Below are positions 28,819 through 39,033 of a DNA stretch of 64,000 nucleotides, piece by piece. Every line of letters begins with the position of its first letter. Positions within the stretch are counted from its first letter, which is position 1. Origin of the DNA: Chitinivibrionales bacterium (GTDB lineage Bacteria > Fibrobacterota > Chitinivibrionia > Chitinivibrionales > WJKA01); contig JBBRUX010000005.1 in the NCBI GenBank assembly GCA_038247415.1, positions 32,001-96,000 on the forward strand, in the 5' to 3' direction. Both the position numbers and the translations under genes were made by a program. A model generated the notes under the pieces. It was not told the origin of the DNA, searched no databases, and saw only the letters and a program-made list of their open reading frames with translations.

Positions 28819-29217
28819 GTGAACCAAAACACAACAATTCAAACGACTATTCAGATTGCAGTGAGGCATCCAGAATCTGCATCTGCGCTAATGGCTAAAA
28901 CTTTTGCAGCGCATTTCGATGGTGCACAGTGGATAGATCGTGAGATGCGACTCCAATTTTGTATCTTATTTTTGGGCAATTTAATCGATAGCAATATCGA
29001 AGAATCTGTTGGTGCGGCTCTTATAGACCGGTTAGAGGCTCGATCTCTTGAATTTGGAATGCGAATGCTTAAGCGCAATCCTGATACAGGACTAAAAATT
29101 CTCATTGTTCTCATAATGAAAGAACTAAGAACCCGCCAAAAGTTCGAATCAGAAGAGCAAATGTCATTCTATAAAGAAATCCTTGCTCGCTTTTTCCCCG
29201 AAATTAATTCTCACTAA
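28819..29217 (+). CDS. Hypothetical protein (helical)
   Basis: 132-aa ORF tightly following the methyltransferase; no family recognised. Confidence 0.55.
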   Translation: MNQNTTIQTTIQIAVRHPESASALMAKTFAAHFDGAQWIDREMRLQFCILFLGNLIDSNIEESVGAALIDRLEARSLEFGMRMLKRNPDTGLKILIVLIMKELRTRQKFESEEQMSFYKEILARFFPEINSH

Positions 29218-29332
29218 AAGTGCAATTCCTGCCTTTTAGCAGTAACAATCACCCATTTTTACTTGCTTATTACTATATTATCTTTTCGTAATAAATGTAC
29301 CGAGTACCTTTTATTGTTTTAAGCAGACCTTC

Positions 29333-31616
29333 ATGAATGATGCAAACCTTCGTGGTACCACCGTGGCTCCTGAATTGGAATGGCATAGCAATCCGATGTT
29401 GCGCAATGTGTCAAAACGCATTGTTCAGCCCATGATCAGATATCTTGACGCTGAATTTGGTACTACCATTACGAATCAAATTATTGCCGAAAGTGATCAT
29501 GATCGTGATTTTTTTGAAGATGTTTATGGATTTATGCCCATTGAAACCACCGAGAAAATGTTTGCGAGTGCAATCCGCATAACTGATAACCCCGACTTCG
29601 CCTACAAAATGGGAAAAGAAATCTGGAAATACACTCCAACAATTCAAGCCCTTCTTGGAATAACCGTAGCTACCCCTTCTTTGCTTTTTGAGAATATGAA
29701 CAACATCGAAGGAAAAGCCGTACGTACAACAATAGTTGACACTCAAAAATTTGGGGCTTCCAAATATAGGCTTAGCATTAGCTTTAGGGGCGGCTTTGTG
29801 GAACCAGCCAATGCATGCCGTAATAGGCATGGAACCTACGAATCGGCCACACAAATGTTCGGTTTACCACCATCCAAAGTTGAGCACCCCCAGTGCCGAT
29901 TTAGAGGCGACGATCACTGCGTGTACGATATTACCGTCCCTGAACAATCATTTTTTATTTATCAAAAAATTTCGTTTATAATTGGCTTTTTGGGTTTGGT
30001 AGGCTTTGGTCTCTTTGCACTTTTGCACTCCCCTATTCTTGCAATAGTTGGAAGTCTTTGCATCCCGTTAGCGCTCGGTTCGTACCTCTTTTTCTTGAGA
30101 TCGCGCCTTACCGCAAATTTACGGTGGATTGCAAATGCAAAGCATTCAATTGAGGAGAATAGCAAAGATGTTTTAACTGAAATGAATCGCACGAAACATT
30201 TGCATGAGCTTACAAGCAACCTCAATAGCTGCTTATCTCCCCTATCTGTCGCGAAAGCAGCAACACATTCCCTTACCCACGATTTCAATTACGGCTCTGG
30301 GCAAGTTTGGCTTCTTAAAGACGACGACTCCCTTATGTGTACAGCAACATCTGGGTTAGCACAAAATCTTGAAGCCTCGGTGAAAAGTATTTCGTATTCC
30401 ATATCCGAGGGAATGAATCGCCCCGAAAGCTTTATTGCACATGTTATAGGCCGTAAAGAAATTCTCCTCATTAATGATGTTAAGACAAGTACACAAACCT
30501 TCATTGCACCCACTCAAGATTTGCTCCAATTGATCAATCCATCATCCTTTATTATTGTGCCGACTGCTTTGCTTTATTATTGTGCCGATTCTCGAAAAAA
30601 ACAAAGCAGTCGGCATGATCATTGGCGCAAACCATGAGGCTGGTGTTCAAGTAAAATATCTGGATCGTGTTATTTTCGAAGCACTTACGCTTGTCGTTTC
30701 AACAACATTGGCAAAGGCCAAAGTCTTTGAAAGCATGGAACGAAAACTCGAAAAAAGAAAGCAACTCTTGCGCGATCGTCAAGATGAATTGCTTATAGCC
30801 CGAAAGATATCAATTCAAAACGAAAAGGTCTCTGCGCTGGGGGAAATGGCCGCAGGCGTTGCGCACGAGATTAACAATCCGCTTAATTTCCTTGTTAATA
30901 TAGTAAGCGAGCTCGAACGAGACACAAAAGGGTTGCATGAAATAGCTGCACTCGGTAACACGTTTGCACCACAAAACATTCGCCATGAAATCGATAAAAT
31001 CTTTGTCGATTACAACCTTGCCGAGCGCATCACTGAATCGGACTATGTTTACACGCTCATCCGACAATCTCTTGCCCGTGCACAGAAAACGGTGAGTAGT
31101 CTGCGCATTTTTGCGCGCCAAGCCGGTAACGATGGAGTAAAACCCGAACCATTGTGCGAATTGATTCGTAGTGCATTCGAGATTATTCCACAAAAATATC
31201 GAGCAGATGTAACCCTTACGTGCGAGCTTGGTTCAGAGTGCGCGGTGCATGTTAATCGTATAGAATTCTCTCAGATAATTATTAATATCCTTACCAATTC
31301 CATAGAAGCCATGAATGGCAAAGGATCAATAAAAATTGACTTAGAAGAAACAAATCGATCTCATCTGGTTTCAATTTCAGATACTGGTTGCGGGGTTCCT
31401 CCCGAAAATAGAGCACTTATTTTTAAAGCCTTTTTTACCACACAAAATAAAGAACAGCATACCGGCTTAGGGCTTACGGTTGCGCTGGAACTTTCTCATA
31501 AAAATGGCGGTACTATCGAACTCGCACAAAAGCAACCCACTCTGGGAGCATGCTTTATAATTACTATACCTAAACCGTTCAAACCTTCGGCAGAGCTGGA
31601 TGCCCATGCCGCTTAA
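29333..31616 (+). pseudogene. V4R-like sensor-2TM-GAF-histidine kinase, frameshifted by a 25-nt insertion
   Basis: First ORF has V4R-type ACRN..G...HPQCRFRGDDHCVY, TM helices and the start of a GAF domain; second ORF has the GAF end, H-box AHEINNPL and N/G boxes. Deleting 25 nt at a 17-bp duplication gives one 752-aa ORF. Confidence 0.78.
30547..30588 (+). repeat. 17-bp direct repeat (ctttattattgtgccga x2, 8-nt spacer)
   Basis: Copies at 30547-30563 and 30572-30588 coincide with the kinase frameshift. Confidence 0.9.
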
Positions 31617-33312
31617 AAAAGGATTGCTTAAAAAAATTGCTGCATCAACTGCTATTATACTGGCTTTGATAATTATTTGCATATCCATTTTCTCTCATCT
31701 GACGTTGTGGTGGGGAACAGCCGAATTCTTTTTATGTATTGGCTTATTTATTATTATCTTCGATTGGCATGATCGTAGTTCGCTTCTCATGAAACAAAGC
31801 AATGCTAAAACAATCGAATTAGAACAAACTCATAATAGCCTCGTTCGTGCCAATGAGCACATTGTTGCCCTTCATGGTTTTTCTCAACAAATAACCGGAT
31901 GTGAAACTATACAATCGGTCTGCCACACCGTTACAACCGCACTTGTAAATAGTTTTTCATACGATGCGAGTATTTTTTGGCTCTGGGATAACACTCACAA
32001 CAAGCTTATGGCAATTTCTGCGGCAGGCAATATCCCTGCTCTAATAGACCTTCCTGATACGCTTACCCAACATGATGGCCTCTTGGAATCAGTGATGCGC
32101 TCAAAGCAAACCGTGCTCATTCGACGTCGCGAAGAAAAATCAAACGATAAAAATAACGAAAAAATAAAACTTCTCGAAAGCGTTGGTCTCTATTCTGTTG
32201 TGGTAACCCCGCTCATGCACGAAAACGAGATTCTTGGGGTTCTCTTGGCAGGTTTTCAGGAAATTCAAAGTATGGATACTCACGATGCAAAGGTCATCGA
32301 ATCGTTGCTCAACACAGCATCGGATCGTATGGCTAAAGGCCAGCTCGAGCTACTTGACGAAAAAGAAGAATCCGTTTTCAATTCGGTCTCTAACCTTGCA
32401 GGTAATGCCCTTGCGCGAGTAATCATGTTTTCGAGCATGGAAGCTCAAATTGAAAAGCGTGCCAAAGAGCTAACCTTAACCCACGAAAAACTTGCTCAAA
32501 CACGAGAAATAATCATTCAGGTCGAGAAGCTTTCATCTCTTGGGAAAATGGCTGCGGGCGTTATTCACGAAATCAACGACCCACTCAATTTTCTTGTTAA
32601 TATTTTGCCCGATCTTAAGCGCGACTTCGAGGGGCTCACACACATCAAAACGTTGCTGCTCACCCCAGACTGCCCTGCGGATTTAAAACAGAAAGTTCAA
32701 AACATTGTTGACGAGTACGAACTCGAATCTCATTTGGAAGAGCTGGACTTTATTTTTTCTCGAGCATCCGATGCACTAGGCAAAAGCTCTCGCATTGCTT
32801 CCGGGTTGCAGGTCTTTTCCCAAGGCGGCAAATCGGTGTCGAAATCATCAGATCTTATTGCGCTGGTTACCCAAACGCTCGAGCTTATTCCTCGCAAAAC
32901 CAAAGGGGATATCGCCATACATCTCGATCCTGCTTCCGAAATACTATGGGAAGTAAACCCCGATAGATTTTCCCAGGTTTGCATGAATCTCATTATCAAT
33001 GCACTAGATGCCATGAATGGGCAAGGCACATTAACCATTGCTGGAACATCTTCTGGTACACAGGCCCACATAAGCTTTTCAGATGATGGACCAGGCATTC
33101 CCCTAGCCATCCAGAAAAAAATCTTCGATCCCTTTTTCACAACAAAGCCTGCCGGAAAAAGTACGGGACTTGGGCTTACTATCTGCGCTGAAATCGTGCG
33201 TGATTATGGTGGCCGATTTGAAATCGATTCTGCACCCGGTACAGGAACCCGTTTCACCATATATTTCTCAGAAGAACAGCGCACAGCATTTAATCTGGCG
33301 CTTCCCGTATAA
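31600..33312 (+). CDS. Membrane sensor histidine kinase (2TM-GAF-HisKA-HATPase)
   Basis: IHEINDPL H-box, NLIINALDA, DDGPGI, FDPFFTTK, GTGLGL-type G2 box; paralogous to the upstream kinase. Confidence 0.9.
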   Translation: MPMPLKKGLLKKIAASTAIILALIIICISIFSHLTLWWGTAEFFLCIGLFIIIFDWHDRSSLLMKQSNAKTIELEQTHNSLVRANEHIVALHGFSQQITGCETIQSVCHTVTTALVNSFSYDASIFWLWDNTHNKLMAISAAGNIPALIDLPDTLTQHDGLLESVMRSKQTVLIRRREEKSNDKNNEKIKLLESVGLYSVVVTPLMHENEILGVLLAGFQEIQSMDTHDAKVIESLLNTASDRMAKGQLELLDEKEESVFNSVSNLAGNALARVIMFSSMEAQIEKRAKELTLTHEKLAQTREIIIQVEKLSSLGKMAAGVIHEINDPLNFLVNILPDLKRDFEGLTHIKTLLLTPDCPADLKQKVQNIVDEYELESHLEELDFIFSRASDALGKSSRIASGLQVFSQGGKSVSKSSDLIALVTQTLELIPRKTKGDIAIHLDPASEILWEVNPDRFSQVCMNLIINALDAMNGQGTLTIAGTSSGTQAHISFSDDGPGIPLAIQKKIFDPFFTTKPAGKSTGLGLTICAEIVRDYGGRFEIDSAPGTGTRFTIYFSEEQRTAFNLALPV

Positions 33313-33430
33313 CTCTTTAAAAATTGCCCCATTAAAAAACGCCCTCCATTCTTGATCAAAATTGATTGAACCCTGCAGAATATTCCGCGATTGCGGCAGA
33401 TTTTCCCCTCTCTTAATTCTGTAAATTTCT

Positions 33431-33475
33431 TAATCGATTGATTTAAAACAAACTCCTGTATGGCCCTTAGTTTGC
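33431..33475 (+). promoter_or_regulatory. Putative sigma54 promoter with upstream IHF site
   Basis: TGGCCCTTAGTTTGC at 33461-33475 (GG-N10-GC); reverse-strand AATCAATCGATTA at 33431-33443 fits the IHF consensus WATCAANNNNTTR. Confidence 0.55.
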
Positions 33476-33509
33476 GTTTTACCTTAGCAACACCATAAGG
33501 AGGATTTAT

Positions 33510-33734
33510 ATGAACGCCCTTAAAAAAAAGCTTATTAAACGTGCAACACAAGCGTACAAACACATTTATCCCTGTACCAACAAACGATCTCTCTACGAAT
33601 GTTTTACCTCCGAAGGAGAGCGACTGCTTTTCTGGTTTAATACCGCTGATAATAATACGCATCTTCTTATAGGAGATATGAAACCTGTCCAACAATTTGC
33701 ACGTCAAGCTTATCACTCTTCCACGTACACGTAG
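33510..33734 (+). CDS. Small hypothetical protein
   Basis: 74 aa; strong RBS AGGAGG; preceded by a sigma54-like promoter. Confidence 0.65.
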   Translation: MNALKKKLIKRATQAYKHIYPCTNKRSLYECFTSEGERLLFWFNTADNNTHLLIGDMKPVQQFARQAYHSSTYT

Positions 33735-33765
33735 CCGATTGTATGGTTGGATGTATTTTTCTTGC

Positions 33766-34944
33766 ATGAATCAAAAAACGATTTCTTCCATTGATATTTT
33801 TTCTCACGTTATCGATAATTTTGGTGATGCAGGTGTCGCACTACGATTAGCCAGTGAGCTCTCGTACCGGATAGCACATCACCCTATCCGCTTATTTACC
33901 GATGCATACGAACTCACCAACCGACTTCTTGGCGAAACATGTATTTGCGTAAACAACGCAGGTGCAAATTTGAGCATTCACCCTTGGACTTCTACCACGT
34001 GCTGGAACGACCTCACGCCAGCAGATTTGATTATTGAAACGTTTGGGTGCGACATTCCCACTGAGTACCTAAAAAAAGCCTATGTGCGTGGCGGGGTCTG
34101 GTTTAACCTCGAATATCTTTCGGCAGAAAGCTGGATAGAAGAGTGCCACCTTGGAGAATCGCTGCTGGATTCTGGCTCATTGCGAAAATTCTTTTTTATG
34201 CCAGGATTTACAAAAGCAACAGGAGGGCTCATTACCCGTGCGATAAAACTGACTTCACCACACACCGCTGTGCCCAATGCAGCTCGGGCAGTGCGCACTT
34301 TCGCCCAATCGTATGGATATACGCCAACCGAACCAGAATTCATTGGTTTCCTCTTTTGTTATGACTTTGAACATGCTTCCTTTTTTGATGCATTAGTAAA
34401 TTACCCGACACGCATTCTACTTATTGCCTGCGGAGATCAAGCTCATGAAGCAGTAAAAAACAACATGAAACAAGGAGTGAGGGAAACGAATTTTCTCATT
34501 CACGAAAAAAACCTAACGGTGCTTCTTGCGCCTTTTGTAAATCAAGCTTCATTCGATACGCTCATTGCAGGCTCAGATTTTGCACTTATCCGTGGAGAAG
34601 ATTCTCTTGCACAAGCAGTTCTTGCCCACGTCCCTTGTATCTGGGATATTTACAAACAAGAGCGATCGGTACATACTAAAAAGCTTATTGCATTTCTCGA
34701 CCGAATAAAGCCGTTTTTTGCAGACCAACTCATTTTTACTGGGTACCAAGAACTCATGCACCAGTATAACAGCGATAGCGATCTTACTACCACTCTGCAA
34801 TGGATCTGGTTTTTAAATAACCTGAGCCCGCTCAAACAATCCGCAGTCGAGTTTGCGAGCTACCTCAATAAAAATTGCAATCTATGCGATCAAATGCTAT
34901 TTTATGCGACTCAATTTTTAAACCAGTCAAGGGAGCATTCATGA
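33766..34944 (+). CDS. earP: EF-P arginine rhamnosyltransferase
   Basis: DIFSHVIDNFGDAGVALRLA, IETFGC, NLEYLSAESW, FFMPGF...TGGL, IRGEDS, WDIY.Q; overlaps efp. Confidence 0.92.
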   Translation: MNQKTISSIDIFSHVIDNFGDAGVALRLASELSYRIAHHPIRLFTDAYELTNRLLGETCICVNNAGANLSIHPWTSTTCWNDLTPADLIIETFGCDIPTEYLKKAYVRGGVWFNLEYLSAESWIEECHLGESLLDSGSLRKFFFMPGFTKATGGLITRAIKLTSPHTAVPNAARAVRTFAQSYGYTPTEPEFIGFLFCYDFEHASFFDALVNYPTRILLIACGDQAHEAVKNNMKQGVRETNFLIHEKNLTVLLAPFVNQASFDTLIAGSDFALIRGEDSLAQAVLAHVPCIWDIYKQERSVHTKKLIAFLDRIKPFFADQLIFTGYQELMHQYNSDSDLTTTLQWIWFLNNLSPLKQSAVEFASYLNKNCNLCDQMLFYATQFLNQSREHS

Positions 34945-35501
34945 GAGAAGCAGGCGATCTCAGACAAGGTAATGTGGTAAAAGTGGGCAACGATTTACTC
35001 CTCGTTGTGAAATCTATCTATAACGCTGGTGGTCGCAATGCTGCTACGGTTAAAATGAAGCTTAAAAATTTGGCCTCCAATGCCGTTACAGAAAATGTGT
35101 ATCGTGCCACCGATAAGTTCGATAACATTATGCTCGATAAAAAAACCATGGCCTATTTGTATGGATCCAATGATTTTTATACCTTCATGGATCAAAACTC
35201 CTTTGAGCAGATCGATCTTACCAAAGAAGTTTTAGGCGATGCTCTCAACTATATCAAAGAGCAGATGGAAATCGATATTGTTTTCTACGGTGATAAGCCC
35301 GTTTCCATAGAACTCCCTACAAACGTAGATATGGAAATTACCTACACCGAACCCGCAACTAAAGGCGACACCTCTGGCAAAGTGTTTAAAGCAGCCACCA
35401 TTGAAACTGGATTTGAAGTTCAGGTTCCTCTCTATTGTATGATTGGCGAAAAAATTCGCATCGATACGAGAAATGGTGAATTTGTAGAGCGCGTTAAATA
35501 A
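34941..35501 (+). CDS. efp: Elongation factor P (Arg32 type)
   Basis: 186 aa from ATG 34941; GGR32NAA loop; TEPATKGDT, ETG..VQVPL, DTR.GE. Confidence 0.96.
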   Translation: MREAGDLRQGNVVKVGNDLLLVVKSIYNAGGRNAATVKMKLKNLASNAVTENVYRATDKFDNIMLDKKTMAYLYGSNDFYTFMDQNSFEQIDLTKEVLGDALNYIKEQMEIDIVFYGDKPVSIELPTNVDMEITYTEPATKGDTSGKVFKAATIETGFEVQVPLYCMIGEKIRIDTRNGEFVERVK

Positions 35502-35517
35502 AAAAATAGCTATCAAT

Positions 35518-35558
35518 AAAAAAGGCAACTTTTAAGTGATTAAAAGCTGCCTTTTTTT
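35518..35558. terminator. Bidirectional intrinsic terminator
   Basis: aaaaaaggcaacttttaa-gtga-ttaaaagctgcctttttt hairpin between convergent genes. Confidence 0.75.
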
Positions 35559-35577
35559 ATAGTGTGGCAAAGGCTCT

Positions 35578-36678
35578 CTAGCCCCGAACTTTTCTCCAAA
35601 CCAGTGCACTTCCTACATATAACGAAACCATCAAAATGGTGACTCTTAGTGGAGAGTGCAACAGCATATGATAATGCAACACGCGTTCTGTAAAGAGGCA
35701 TATCAGAGAAATAAGAGGGATATGAATTAAAAATGGATAAAACGAACAAATACCGAGAGCACGAACAAGCGGAAATTTAAATACCCAGGCAATGATGCCA
35801 GTTCCACGGGCCAAAGCATACAAAAGCATGGCATATAAGGGTGTCATAAAAACATGATACCGAAAAAAACGTTCTTGCCAAACACAAACCTCAAATTCTT
35901 TAACATTATAATAAATGCAGATAATAAGGACTGCGATAGCTATATCATTTAAAATCCAATCGTACCGCCCAATGCTTGCAAACCCTTTAGGATGACTTAG
36001 CACAAAAAACCGAGCAACAAGCATCCCTATAAAAAACTCAAAAAAACGAAGTGGCGCAAAAATATGAAAAAAGGAATAATAATTCTGATTACTTATATAC
36101 ACATAAGTAAACGACCAAGCAAGTATCGGCAGCATGGCAATACCGCTTGCCACAAGAACCGATCTCCTGGTTTTTAAACGAGCAACAACCTTAAGCGCTG
36201 GCCCAATAAGCGCATAGCAGAGGAAAAATGCAGAAAGTGCCCACGAAGGCGTATTAAGAGAACAGAGGGTTACAGGAAAAAAGGATGATAATCCTAAAAG
36301 ATGAATGATCGCTGCCAGTGGAATATCAAAGAAGCCCAGCCCTTGCATTGTTGTCAAGCATATGGGAATCATGATAATGGTCATCGCAGCATGCAAAGGA
36401 TACAGAGCACGCAAACGTCGTTTAAAAAAATCCCATCCATTAAAGACTTTATCTGTTTTTCCAAACTTATATCCATAAATAAAGCCACCGATAATAAAAA
36501 AGAGCGATGCATGAAACGGAGGCCCTTTAATAACTGCAAAAAACCACCCTGGGGTGGCATGCATATCGTTAAGTCCACCAATTTGAACAATATGAAAGAG
36601 GACTATGCCTGCGGATGCTACGAGCCGTAGTCCATCGATACAGGGAAAATAGCCCGGTTTCGCTGTTGTTTTAAGCAT
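35578..36678 (-). CDS. Acyltransferase family 3 (OafA/OatA-like) membrane protein
   Basis: IDGLR...VLFH, FFIIGGF, FFKRRLRALYP, PSWALSA, RFFEF..GM, SFYPFLIH; multi-pass membrane protein. Confidence 0.88.
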   Translation of the reverse strand: MLKTTAKPGYFPCIDGLRLVASAGIVLFHIVQIGGLNDMHATPGWFFAVIKGPPFHASLFFIIGGFIYGYKFGKTDKVFNGWDFFKRRLRALYPLHAAMTIIMIPICLTTMQGLGFFDIPLAAIIHLLGLSSFFPVTLCSLNTPSWALSAFFLCYALIGPALKVVARLKTRRSVLVASGIAMLPILAWSFTYVYISNQNYYSFFHIFAPLRFFEFFIGMLVARFFVLSHPKGFASIGRYDWILNDIAIAVLIICIYYNVKEFEVCVWQERFFRYHVFMTPLYAMLLYALARGTGIIAWVFKFPLVRALGICSFYPFLIHIPLISLICLFTERVLHYHMLLHSPLRVTILMVSLYVGSALVWRKVRG

Positions 36679-36856
36679 TTCAGTGAGTTCTCGTGCGTCA
36701 TCATATAGTTACGTTAATTTTTAATATAATACATTAAATGCCCCATGGTTTTGGATTTTGATATTCTACCAACGAGAAGCCCATCATTTATATTTTGTTT
36801 GTTGTTTTCGAGAGCAAAAACTTCACGCGGCTTATATTTCAAAGGAGTACTATAGT

Positions 36857-37492
36857 ATGCAACATTCGATTATTAAGCCAATCATTCTCTTTGTAATAGT
36901 TCTCTCTCTGTTTCAATTTACGGGATGTGGTTATAATGCATTGCAATCGGGCGACGAAGACGTTAAAGCATCGTGGTCCGAAGTTGTGAACCAATATCAG
37001 CGTAGGTCCGATCTTATTCCTAACCTGGTTAATACTGTCAAGGGCTATGCTGCTCACGAAGAAGATGTTTTTACTTCCGTTACACAGGCACGCGCCCAGG
37101 TTGGCTCAATTAAAGCAACCCCCGAATTGCTCAACGACCCTGCTGCATTTCAGCGTTTTCAAGCAGTTCAAGGTCAAATGACAAGCGCACTCTCCCGATT
37201 GCTCGTGGTTTCCGAAAATTATCCTAATCTTAAAGCAGATGCCTCATTTCAGGCACTCCAGGCGCAACTCGAAGGCACCGAAAATCGGATAACCGTAGCT
37301 CGCAACAGATATATTGCATCGGTAAAGAGTTATAATACCAAGGTACGAACATTTCCAACGCTCATTACAGCCCGAATTTTTGGGATAACCACAAAACCAA
37401 ACTTTTCGGTTGCTAACGAGGAAGCTATTTCTACTGCCCCATCTGTAGATTTTGCAAAACCAGCTGTTCCTGCCGCACCTGGAACACACTAA
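36857..37492 (+). CDS. lemA: LemA family protein
   Basis: YQRRSDLIPNLVNTVKGYA, ENYPNLKA, LEGTENRI.VAR; RBS AAGGAG. Confidence 0.93.
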   Translation: MQHSIIKPIILFVIVLSLFQFTGCGYNALQSGDEDVKASWSEVVNQYQRRSDLIPNLVNTVKGYAAHEEDVFTSVTQARAQVGSIKATPELLNDPAAFQRFQAVQGQMTSALSRLLVVSENYPNLKADASFQALQAQLEGTENRITVARNRYIASVKSYNTKVRTFPTLITARIFGITTKPNFSVANEEAISTAPSVDFAKPAVPAAPGTH

Positions 37493-37498
37493 ATTCTC

Positions 37499-38386
37499 AT
37501 GAGCACACTGCACACTCTCCGCGCGTTGCGTTTTTTTCGCCACGCATTTAGTACTCTGGCTATTCTCGCAGTATTTGTTGGTGCATATGCTCAAGAAAAA
37601 ATTCCTGCGCTTACGAGCATGGTTACCGATCTTACGCAAACGCTTTCTGCCAACCAGATTCAATCCCTGACCACAGAATTATCTGCATTCGAGAAACGTA
37701 AAGGCTCTCAAATCGTTGTTCTTCTTGTGCCAACAACGCAGCCAGAAGCCATTGAGCAGTATTCTATTCGTGTAGCCGAAGCTTGGAAAATTGGCCGCAA
37801 AGGCACCGATGATGGCGCCATTCTTATTATTGCCACGAACGACCGTACTATACGCATTGAAGTTGGCTATGGGCTAGAAGGTATACTCACCGATTATGCA
37901 ACAAAACGAATTATAGAAGAACAAATCGTACCTGCTTTTAAGCAAGGGCAGCTCTTTGCAGGTATTGTTGCGGGTGTTACTACACTAGAAAGGCTTGTTG
38001 ACGGAGAAGAACTTCCCCCTCCAAAGCCACGTTCGCATTCGGGAATCCCAAAAGGCAAAGGCCTCGAAATACTCCTGCCCATTCTCTTTTTTGGAACCAT
38101 TTTTTTACGATCTCTTTTTGGCAGGCTTTTTGGAGGAATCTGTGCAGGCGGGCTTGTTGGATTCATGATATTTCTTGTTTTTAGCTCTATGCTTGGGGCA
38201 GTTGCATTGGGTATTATCGCATTTATATTTATTCTGCTTGGCGGGATGGATTCTCGCGTAGGCGGAGCAGGCCCTCGAGGCGGTGGTTTTTTTGGTGGAG
38301 GAGGAATGGGGTCAGGTGGTGGGTTTAGCGGCTTTTCTGGTGGCGGTGGAGGTTTTGGCGGAGGCGGAGCATCGGGTCGATGGTAA
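37499..38386 (+). CDS. TPM-domain (YgcG-like) membrane protein
   Basis: VTD..QTLS, WKIGRKG.DDG, RIEVGYGLEG, Gly-rich tail GGGGASGRW. Confidence 0.9.
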   Translation: MSTLHTLRALRFFRHAFSTLAILAVFVGAYAQEKIPALTSMVTDLTQTLSANQIQSLTTELSAFEKRKGSQIVVLLVPTTQPEAIEQYSIRVAEAWKIGRKGTDDGAILIIATNDRTIRIEVGYGLEGILTDYATKRIIEEQIVPAFKQGQLFAGIVAGVTTLERLVDGEELPPPKPRSHSGIPKGKGLEILLPILFFGTIFLRSLFGRLFGGICAGGLVGFMIFLVFSSMLGAVALGIIAFIFILLGGMDSRVGGAGPRGGGFFGGGGMGSGGGFSGFSGGGGGFGGGGASGRW

Positions 38387-38432
38387 GCAACCAAATGGCA
38401 AATCTTTATACAAACTTTTTCTGTGATACACT

Positions 38433-38933
38433 ATGACTTTACTTATTAGAATTATTCGTCATCTAGTCTCCCCTGGGTGGATAGTACGCAAATACTTTTC
38501 TGTGCAGGCAATGGATTCTATTAAAGCTGCAATCTCAAGCTCAGAAAAAAAGCATTGCGGCGAAGTCAGATTTGCTGTTGAGCATGCCCTTCATGTACCC
38601 GATCTCCTTTCGAACACATCCGCCCGAGATAGAGCACTCGAAGTTTTTTCTCTGCTGCGAATCTGGGACACCGAATGTAATAATGGTGTGCTTATCTATC
38701 TCTTATTGGCAGACAAATCTGTCGAAATAATTGCGGATCGAGGAATAAACAAAATCGTTGGTTCTCAAGAATGGGGACGCATTTGTTCTGATATAAAATC
38801 TCAGTTTAAAAAGAATGCATTTCCTCAAGGCGTACTCCATGGTATTGAGCAGATAACCGTGCACCTTTCCAAACACTTCCCCTATTCGTCTCTAGACACA
38901 AACGAACTCGACGATTCGCCTATGATTTTATAA
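38433..38933 (+). CDS. TPM-domain protein
   Basis: EKKHCGEVRFAVE, WDTE.NNGVLIY, IIADRGI, NELDD; conserved lemA-TPM-TPM triad. Confidence 0.85.
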   Translation: MTLLIRIIRHLVSPGWIVRKYFSVQAMDSIKAAISSSEKKHCGEVRFAVEHALHVPDLLSNTSARDRALEVFSLLRIWDTECNNGVLIYLLLADKSVEIIADRGINKIVGSQEWGRICSDIKSQFKKNAFPQGVLHGIEQITVHLSKHFPYSSLDTNELDDSPMIL

Positions 38934-39033
38934 GTTCTCTGCGCATCTTTTTTTAGGCTCCTCCCCATAGTCTTATCCCCAACGTATTTTAAATACAGAC
39001 AACTATACTCACATCATTTTTGGAGATAAAACA

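Noticed and set aside
37894..38394. Proline-rich minus-strand ORF
   Set aside because: Antisense of the Gly-rich tail of the TPM protein.
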